Assembly: GCA_964514385.1 (NCBI GenBank)
Contig: CAZEQJ010000011.1
Location: 14,295 to 78,294, forward strand
Direction: 5' to 3'
DNA length: 64,000 nucleotides
Origin: an uncultured Cytophagales bacterium
Lineage (GTDB): Bacteria; Bacteroidota; Bacteroidia; Cytophagales; Cyclobacteriaceae
In this document: one piece after another, positions 57,631-64,000 of the stretch
How positions within the stretch are numbered: position 1 is the stretch's first letter
How the letters are laid out: each line of letters begins with the position of its first letter
Made by a program: the position numbers and the translations under genes
The notes under the pieces: model-generated
The model's input: only the letters and a program-made list of their open reading frames with translations
What the model was told of the DNA's origin: nothing
Databases searched by the model: none

Positions 57631-59496
57631 TTATACTCTTTCCGGAGCAAGTTTCCATACTTCAGGAGATCGCCACAGGCTGCTGAGCAATAATTCGCGC
57701 ATAAAGAAAAATTCTTTAGGCAGTTTATCGAACATTTTTTCAAACAATTCCTCATGCAACAGCACTTCCTGCTTCCATTCTTCACGATTAATGTTCATGA
57801 TCTCATCGAACTGTTCACGGGTAAAGTCCATACCTTCAAGGTTCAGATCTTCAAATCGTGGCATGTAGCCTATCGGGCTTTCCACTGCACCGGCCTTGCC
57901 CTGTACACGACGTATAATCCAGTCCAGGACACGCATATTTTCACCAAAACCTGGCCATATGAATTTGCCTTCCTGGTCTTTACGGAACCAGTTCACCACA
58001 AATATTCGCGGAGGATTCTTAAGTGAACGGCCAAACTGCAACCAATGATTAAAATAATCCGCCATATGGTATCCACAGAAAGGCAGCATTGCGAAAGGGT
58101 CTCTCCTTACTTTGCCCACCTGCCCAAAGGCTGCTGCTGTCATTTCAGAGCCAATGGTAGAGGCAGCATATACTCCAAAGTTCCAGTTTACCGCCTGATA
58201 CACCAACGGTACGGTTGTACTTCTCCTGCCACCAACAATAAACGCAGATATAGGCACTCCTTCCGGATTTTCCCAGTTCTGGTCAAGGCTTGGGCAATTC
58301 ACCGCCGGAGCGGTAAAACGTGCATTGGGGTGTGCCGCAGTCTTATCAGAGTTCGGGTCATACGGGTTACCATGCCAGTCGATAAGTCCTTCAGGTACTT
58401 CTTTGGTCATTCCTTCCCACCATACATCACCATCAGGTGTGATCGCCACATTGGTAAATATGCTATCCTTTTCAATGGATTTCATGGCATTGGGATTGGT
58501 CTTATAGTTGGTACCCGGTGCCACACCGAAATAGCCTGCCTCAGGATTGATAGCATATAGCTTTCCGTCTTTACCCGGCTTTATCCAGGCAATATCATCG
58601 CCCACAGTCGTAATCTCCCACTCATTAAATGCTTCCGGTGGGATCATCATGGCGAAATTGGTTTTACCGCAGGCACTTGGAAATGCAGCTGCCACATAGG
58701 TTTTTTCCCCATCAGGATTTTTGGCGCCCATAATCAGCATATGCTCGGCGAGCCATCCCTCTTCCCGCGCCATAGAGGATGCGATGCGAAGAGCGAAGCA
58801 TTTTTTACCTAATAATGCATTACCACCATAGCCAGAACCATAGGAGACAATTGCTCTTTCTTCAGGATAATGAACAATATACTTGGTAGTCGGATTGCAT
58901 GGCCATTTTGCGTCTTTTCTTCCGTTACCCAAAGGTGCGCCGACACTGTGAAGGCATTTGATAAATTCGCCATTTTCTCCAAGCTGCTCAAGAGCAATAT
59001 TACCCATGCGGGTCATGATGCGCATGTTAACAACTACATACTCGGAATCCGTGATCTCGACCCCTATATGAGATTTGTCTGACCCTGCAGGTCCCATAAT
59101 AAAGGGAATGACATACATGGTGCGGCCTTTCATTGCACCTTTAAAAAGCGGGTTCAGGGTTTCTTTCATTTCCCTTGGGTCTACCCAGTTGTTGGTTGGG
59201 CCGGCATCTTCTTTTCTTCTGCTACAGATGTAGGTGCGGTCTTCCACACGTGCCACATCGCTCGGGTCGGAGAAGCAGGCGTAGCTATTGGGTCTTTTTT
59301 CCGGATTCAGACGGATGAAAGTTCCTTTATCTACAAGCACTTCACAAAGTGCGTCATATTCTTCCTGGGAGCCGTCGCACCAGTAGATCTGGTCGGGCGT
59401 ACATAAAGTAGCTACTTCAGAAACCCAATTTTTGAGTTCCTTATGCTTTAGAGCTACTTCGGCTTTGTTTTTCTGTGGTATGGTTAATTCTTCCAT
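57631..59496 (-). CDS. pckG: phosphoenolpyruvate carboxykinase, GTP-dependent
   Basis: P-loop FPSACGKTN and the WFRKD...[22 protein letters not shown]-terminal block; 621 aa. Confidence 0.95.
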   Translation of the reverse strand: MEELTIPQKNKAEVALKHKELKNWVSEVATLCTPDQIYWCDGSQEEYDALCEVLVDKGTFIRLNPEKRPNSYACFSDPSDVARVEDRTYICSRRKEDAGPTNNWVDPREMKETLNPLFKGAMKGRTMYVIPFIMGPAGSDKSHIGVEITDSEYVVVNMRIMTRMGNIALEQLGENGEFIKCLHSVGAPLGNGRKDAKWPCNPTTKYIVHYPEERAIVSYGSGYGGNALLGKKCFALRIASSMAREEGWLAEHMLIMGAKNPDGEKTYVAAAFPSACGKTNFAMMIPPEAFNEWEITTVGDDIAWIKPGKDGKLYAINPEAGYFGVAPGTNYKTNPNAMKSIEKDSIFTNVAITPDGDVWWEGMTKEVPEGLIDWHGNPYDPNSDKTAAHPNARFTAPAVNCPSLDQNWENPEGVPISAFIVGGRRSTTVPLVYQAVNWNFGVYAASTIGSEMTAAAFGQVGKVRRDPFAMLPFCGYHMADYFNHWLQFGRSLKNPPRIFVVNWFRKDQEGKFIWPGFGENMRVLDWIIRRVQGKAGAVESPIGYMPRFEDLNLEGMDFTREQFDEIMNINREEWKQEVLLHEELFEKMFDKLPKEFFFMRELLLSSLWRSPEVWKLAPERV

Positions 59497-59613
59497 AGGA
59501 CAAGAACTTAAAAGTGAATATTAATTTCGATGGTGAAATTAAGCCCCTTAGAAGCTCCAGTCATTGACCTGTGTCACGGAAAACCTTTTATTATGTCAGT
59601 TATGAACGAAATG

Positions 59614-60696
59614 TCATGTATTGAGCGCAGACTTGCGCACCGGGCGCAATATAAAGTCGCTGATAGATGACAGTGGCAGGATATGCTGGGCTGCATCGAG
59701 CTTCACAGCTTCTTTTGGCATACCATATACAATAGATGATTTTTCATCCTGAGCCACGGTAATAGCACCTGCTTCACGCATTTCAAGCAAGCCACGTGCC
59801 CCATCATCTCCCATACCTGTCATGATAATCCCGATAGCATTTTTACCAGCAAATTGTGCTGTGGAGCGAAAAAGAACATCCACTGAGGGGCGGTGACGGC
59901 TTACAAGCGGGCCATCTTTTACTTCCACATAATAGCGGGCGCCGCTTCTTTTCAGCAAGGTATGCTTATTGCCAGGTGCGATCAATACATGACCGCGAAT
60001 AACAGGATCACCGTTTTCTGCTTCCTTGACGTTGACATGACAGAGCTCATTTAGCCTGTTGGCAAAACTACGTGTGAAATTTTCCGGCATATGCTGCACG
60101 ATCACTATTCCCGGGCAATCCGGTGGCAGCGCCATCAAAACCTCACGAATAGCTTCAGTACCACCTGTAGAAGCCCCGAGTGCTACTACACGCTCCGTGG
60201 TACGGACCATGGCGTGATTGGCCGCTTTTTTTACAACCACATCGGCCGGAAGTTTTTTATCCGGCACCCAGCTGCTACGCTTTTTAGTAACATTTACCTT
60301 TGCCGCTGCCTTTACCGTATCACAAATACGGATTTTACTTTCCTCGAAAAACTCTTTGGTATGGAGTTCAGGTTTTTTAATTACCTCAACAGCACCAGAT
60401 TCCATTGCTTGAAGACCTGTTTCAGACGCCTTCTCGGTGAGGCTGCTGATCACCACGACAGGAATAGGACGTTGTTGAATGATTTTTTTAAGAAAGGTAA
60501 TGCCATCCATCCTGGGCATTTCAATATCGAGGGTAATGACATCTGGTACCTCTTTAGCAATATAACGGGCTGCCATATAGGGATCCGCAGCCTTACCTAT
60601 CACCTCGATTTCAGGATCCGCATCCAATATTCTCGTGAGAGCTGCTCTCACTACGGCAGAGTCATCGACTATTAAAACACGAATCCGATTTTTCAT
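59614..60696 (-). CDS. cheB: protein-glutamate methylesterase/response regulator CheB
   Basis: REC domain with LIVDDS and acceptor Asp ([12 protein letters not shown]). Esterase triad contexts GASTGG, VQHMP and GMGDDG. Confidence 0.93.
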   Translation of the reverse strand: MKNRIRVLIVDDSAVVRAALTRILDADPEIEVIGKAADPYMAARYIAKEVPDVITLDIEMPRMDGITFLKKIIQQRPIPVVVISSLTEKASETGLQAMESGAVEVIKKPELHTKEFFEESKIRICDTVKAAAKVNVTKKRSSWVPDKKLPADVVVKKAANHAMVRTTERVVALGASTGGTEAIREVLMALPPDCPGIVIVQHMPENFTRSFANRLNELCHVNVKEAENGDPVIRGHVLIAPGNKHTLLKRSGARYYVEVKDGPLVSRHRPSVDVLFRSTAQFAGKNAIGIIMTGMGDDGARGLLEMREAGAITVAQDEKSSIVYGMPKEAVKLDAAQHILPLSSISDFILRPVRKSALNT

Positions 60697-61172
60697 ATTG
60701 ACTTTTTAACCATCCGCATATGTATCTCTCCGGTATGCGTGTAAAACCGAATGTTTCTACCCTGATGCCCTCCTGTATGCCTGGCCTTTATGGGTATCCC
60801 GTTCTCTGATAGCTTCTTTTCAGCCAGCACAATGTTTCGCTCACCAATGGTAAAACTGTTGACCGAAGATTTTAAACTTGCCGCACCGCCAAATATCTTG
60901 GCTATGATCCTTTTCGAACCGGCACCGGAGTGGATCATTTTTTCTATAAGCAGGTCGATAGCAATATCGCCATATTTAGGGCTTTCGAGGCCATTACCAT
61001 TCCACAGATCAAGCATATAGTGATTAATGCCACCAATCTGACTCACCGGATCGTAAAGGCACACGGCTACGCAGGATCCGAGAATGGTCGTCACTTCCAT
61101 AGGCTGTGCTGATACGATCAATGCAGATGGCATCAGGTAATGTTTTTTCAGTGAAAGTTCAGCCAATGCCAT
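60693..61172 (-). CDS. cheD: chemoreceptor glutamine deamidase CheD
   Basis: [11 protein letters not shown] catalytic-Cys context; 159 aa. Overlap-coupled to cheB. Confidence 0.88.
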   Translation of the reverse strand: MALAELSLKKHYLMPSALIVSAQPMEVTTILGSCVAVCLYDPVSQIGGINHYMLDLWNGNGLESPKYGDIAIDLLIEKMIHSGAGSKRIIAKIFGGAASLKSSVNSFTIGERNIVLAEKKLSENGIPIKARHTGGHQGRNIRFYTHTGEIHMRMVKKSI

Positions 61173-62065
61173 TAAAATAATTCTACATCATTGAAAAGTT
61201 CTTCATTTGAAGCTTCTACCCGGTAGATCGCGCGGTCATCTTCATTCTGCAAAGGAAGTAATACTCCTGCCATAGTACCCTCCCCTTCCACACTGTTAAT
61301 TTCAATTGTACCTGAAAGCATGTCAACGAGAGCACTTACTATGCTCAATCCAAGGCCGTGACCCGGATAATTCTTGGTCGTACCTTCTTCACCCTGAACA
61401 AAGCGATCGAAAATCTGATCTCGCTTTTCATCCGGTATCCCTACTCCTGTATCTTTAATCAGAATGGATATATTATCCTCCAATATTCCAAGGTGCACTT
61501 CGATTTCACCACCTTCCTTATTGAACTTAAGGGCATTATCGATCAGATTTTCAATGATCATACGTGTTTTTTCAGTGTCCAGTATCAATGCCGCCTCCCG
61601 CTCTTCTATGGTGGAATAAATTCGGGTCGTTACTTTTTTTAATTCAAATTGAGAAGTCCTGTCACCTATGATTTCATGGATGATCGTGTGGAGATCCATT
61701 TTACTCAGCCGCAGCTCTGTCTGCCCGGCTTCAAGTTCGGCCGCATAGAAAATATTGGTAAGCTGAAAATTCATATTTTTCATTTCAGCATTAATGATAC
61801 CGGCAACCTCACGAACCTTATCCGCATCGGATATATTGCCGTTGCTGATATTTTGCGAAAGGCCCAACAGCGATGTCAGTGGGTTGACCAGCTCATTTCG
61901 GATATTGGAAAGAAACCTGGATTTCAACGATTCTGAAGCTCTGAGCTTTTTATTCATGTGCTCAAGCTCTGCCGTAAGTTTTCGCTCTGCATCCAGCAAC
62001 TTCCGCTGAAGGTCAAACCGGTTGCGGAGTTCTGTCAATAGCTGTTCATCTGTGATTTCCTTCAT
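61172..62065 (-). CDS. cytoplasmic class-I histidine-kinase-like protein (coiled coil, DHp, HATPase_c) lacking the H-box histidine
   Basis: The H-box position reads FLSNIRNELVNPL (Asn, codon AAT at 61895-61897, where SHELRTPL has His). N-box ENLIDNALKFN, G1 KDTGVGI and G2 GHGLGLS are intact. Confidence 0.85.
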   Translation of the reverse strand: MKEITDEQLLTELRNRFDLQRKLLDAERKLTAELEHMNKKLRASESLKSRFLSNIRNELVNPLTSLLGLSQNISNGNISDADKVREVAGIINAEMKNMNFQLTNIFYAAELEAGQTELRLSKMDLHTIIHEIIGDRTSQFELKKVTTRIYSTIEEREAALILDTEKTRMIIENLIDNALKFNKEGGEIEVHLGILEDNISILIKDTGVGIPDEKRDQIFDRFVQGEEGTTKNYPGHGLGLSIVSALVDMLSGTIEINSVEGEGTMAGVLLPLQNEDDRAIYRVEASNEELFNDVELF

Positions 62066-62071
62066 GATTCT

Positions 62072-62902
62072 TTATTTTTTAAATACTGTCGGCGCCACCT
62101 GCTGCACGGGTAGCTGCATATGATGAAGAGACTCGGAATGACCGATAAAGAGATATCCACCGGTTTTAAGCTGGCGGATAAGTTTGGCCAATACCTTTTT
62201 CTGTGTTTCCCTGTCAAAATAGATGATAACATTCCGGCAAAAAATGATATCAAATTTCGTATCCATATGGTAGTCATCATCCATGAAATTGAGCCTGCCA
62301 AACCGAACCCTGCTTCGGATTTTTTGATTCACCTTCACAAGGGCCTCTTCACGGTTTTTACTTCGCAGGAAATAGCGGGATTTTAATTCTGCTGACATGT
62401 CGCCCAGCTTTTTCTCTTCATAAATACCTCTGTTGGCTGTGCGCAACACTTCGGTGGAGAGGTCAGTTGCTGTAATGCGATAGTTTAGGTGTTCGTGGTT
62501 ACGGATATATTCCTCCATAACCATGGCCAATGTATAAGGCTCCTCGCCACTGCTGCATCCGGCGCTCCACATTTCCAGCTTTTTTCTGTCTGCAAGCAGC
62601 TCTGGAAGTACAGTGCCGGTCATAATGCTGTAATGTGCAGGTTCCCGATAAAAGTCGGTTTTGTTGGTAGTGACCACATCGATGAGTGAGGTAAATTCCT
62701 CAGGATGGATGACTTTCTTATTTTTGAATACCATATTGAGGTATTCATCCATCGTGTTCATCTCATTGACCTTCAGTCGCTTGGCCAGTCTCGCCTCAAG
62801 CAATACCTGCTTGGCTTCCGGTAACTGGATGCCGCAGGTATTGTATATCAGCGAGCTCAGCTCTGTGAACTGTTCCTTACTAAGCCTTTTTGTCAGGGTC
62901 AT
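62072..62902 (-). CDS. cheR: chemotaxis protein-glutamate O-methyltransferase CheR
   Basis: CheR N-terminal helical domain plus SAM fold (MWSAGCSSGEEPYTLAM, IFCRNVIIYFD). Confidence 0.92.
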   Translation of the reverse strand: MTLTKRLSKEQFTELSSLIYNTCGIQLPEAKQVLLEARLAKRLKVNEMNTMDEYLNMVFKNKKVIHPEEFTSLIDVVTTNKTDFYREPAHYSIMTGTVLPELLADRKKLEMWSAGCSSGEEPYTLAMVMEEYIRNHEHLNYRITATDLSTEVLRTANRGIYEEKKLGDMSAELKSRYFLRSKNREEALVKVNQKIRSRVRFGRLNFMDDDYHMDTKFDIIFCRNVIIYFDRETQKKVLAKLIRQLKTGGYLFIGHSESLHHMQLPVQQVAPTVFKK

Positions 62903-62911
62903 CTGATTACA

Positions 62912-64000
62912 CTAAAAACGCTCAAAGCCTGAATCACCATTATCATCGTCCATGATCAACTGAAATCCATTACTTTTATCCTTCGCATAATGTCCATTGG
63001 ACTTATGCGACTCTGCAGGGCGTGTTTCAGTATTTGCTGATTTTTTCACTTCTCTAAGTTGCATTTTCCGATGGCCGCTGCCATTATTGTCTACCTTGAA
63101 ATAGGCTATTGTACTTTTCAGTGAATCTGCCTGGCTGGCCAGTTCCTCAGAGCTGGTGGCCATTTCTTCAGAGCTGGCAGCATTTTGCTGTGTCACCATG
63201 TTGAGTTGCTGAATAGCCGTATTGACCTGATCGGCACCAGCATTTTGCTCAATACTTGCTGCGGTAATCTCCTGCACTAGCTTGGCTGTTTTCTGAATAT
63301 CCGGCACGATACTATCAAAAAGCTCGGCACTTCGAACTGCCACCTCGACACTACTCTTAGATACTTCATCGATTTCGGCTGCAGCAGCCTGGCTACGTTC
63401 GGCAAGCTTACGTACCTCAGCCGCTACTACGGCAAAGCCTTTGCCATGCTCGCCGGCACGAGCTGCTTCCACAGCTGCATTTAATGCCAGGATATTGGTC
63501 TGTCGGGCTATTTCGCCTATAATCGAAACCTTCTCTGCTATATCTTTCATAGAGGTAACAGTCTGCTTTACTGATTCGCTGCCATCAAGAATATCTTTGC
63601 TGGCCTTTTCAGCAATTTTCTCCGTCTGCTGCGCGTTTTCAGTATTTTGCTGAATGTTGGACGCCATCTCTTCCATAGAAGACGATACTTCCTCGGCTGA
63701 TGAGGCCTGCTGTGAAGCTCCCTGTGACACCTGCTGAGAGGCTGTACTAAGCTGCGAACTGGCTGCTGCGATATTATCAGCTCCGCTACGTACATCTGAT
63801 ACAATTTCCCGGATCTTATCTGCCATTCGTTTTAGTGTCTGGGCCAGCATGCCGATCTCGTCTTTCTGGTCTATCTCTACCGAAGCTGTCAGGTCACCTT
63901 TTTCGAGCGCTTCAGCAAATGAAACACCCTGACGTACAGGCCCTGTAATGGCACGGGTAATGATAAAGGCAAATGCTATACCTATAATGAGGGCAAAAAT
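62912..64000 (-). CDS. methyl-accepting chemotaxis protein, 5' end beyond the window
   Basis: Hairpin-tip signature [40 protein letters not shown]. The frame stays open upstream of the track's Met through a HAMP domain and a TM helix ([21 protein letters not shown]...) to position 64000. Confidence 0.92.
   Translation of the reverse strand: MFALIIGIAFAFIITRAITGPVRQGVSFAEALEKGDLTASVEIDQKDEIGMLAQTLKRMADKIREIVSDVRSGADNIAAASSQLSTASQQVSQGASQQASSAEEVSSSMEEMASNIQQNTENAQQTEKIAEKASKDILDGSESVKQTVTSMKDIAEKVSIIGEIARQTNILALNAAVEAARAGEHGKGFAVVAAEVRKLAERSQAAAAEIDEVSKSSVEVAVRSAELFDSIVPDIQKTAKLVQEITAASIEQNAGADQVNTAIQQLNMVTQQNAASSEEMATSSEELASQADSLKSTIAYFKVDNNGSGHRKMQLREVKKSANTETRPAESHKSNGHYAKDKSNGFQLIMDDDNGDSGFERF

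Noticed and set aside
58045-58560. 171-aa plus-strand ORF antisense to pckG
   Set aside because: It lies inside an unmistakable GTP-PEPCK gene on the other strand and is Arg/Cys-rich nonsense.
60091-60675. 194-aa plus-strand ORF antisense to cheB
   Set aside because: The opposite strand encodes a full CheB with all catalytic motifs, and the antisense product has no recognisable features.
1-64000. Search for tRNA, rRNA, CRISPR arrays, transposases, integrases or prophage genes
   Set aside because: None was recognised. Intergenic gaps are short (mostly under 200 nt) and no cloverleaf-like or repeat-spacer structure was seen. A tRNAscan/Infernal run would be needed to be definitive.

Overview
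This window is a densely coding (about 90%) chromosomal segment that looks like Bacteroidota, probably a gliding Cytophagia-type organism. The pointers are a PorP/SprF gene paired with a T9SS type-B-CTD cargo gene, TAnnTTTG -7 promoter boxes, long-form IspG and many lipoprotein signals. All calls rest on motif recognition by eye; no homology search was possible.

Most genes are housekeeping: dcd, Fur-like, fsa, ftsE, cca, pyrG-yidC, trxA, AddAB-like helicase/nuclease, gltA, rsmE, ispG, def, GTP-type pckG and mlaEF-like. Many are translationally coupled through ATGA-type overlaps. I found no rRNA, tRNA, CRISPR array, transposase or integrase. The one RNA gene is a small SRP (4.5S) RNA at about 3073-3160, which the ORF track hides under spurious ORFs.

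The most unusual content is a tight minus-strand chemosensory-like operon at 59.6-64.0 kb: MCP (5' end cut by the window edge), CheR, a class-I histidine kinase, CheD and CheB.
- No CheA or CheW lies in the visible part.
- The embedded kinase has intact N/G1/G2 ATP-binding boxes, but its H-box histidine is replaced by Asn.
- The MCP ends in a pentapeptide-like GFERF behind a long linker.

Other items worth a second look:
- a multi-TM protein carrying only a DHp (H-box) module, just upstream of a soluble 1433-aa multi-PAS hybrid kinase (REC-REC-Hpt)
- a gene split by a frameshift in an A6 run (546-1093)
- a peptide deformylase paralog with a lipoprotein signal
- a bacterial acyl-CoA-binding protein coupled between gltA and rsmE
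- a 46-aa ORF below the track cutoff
- a membrane LytTR protein divergent from a minimal MotA/ExbB-like channel
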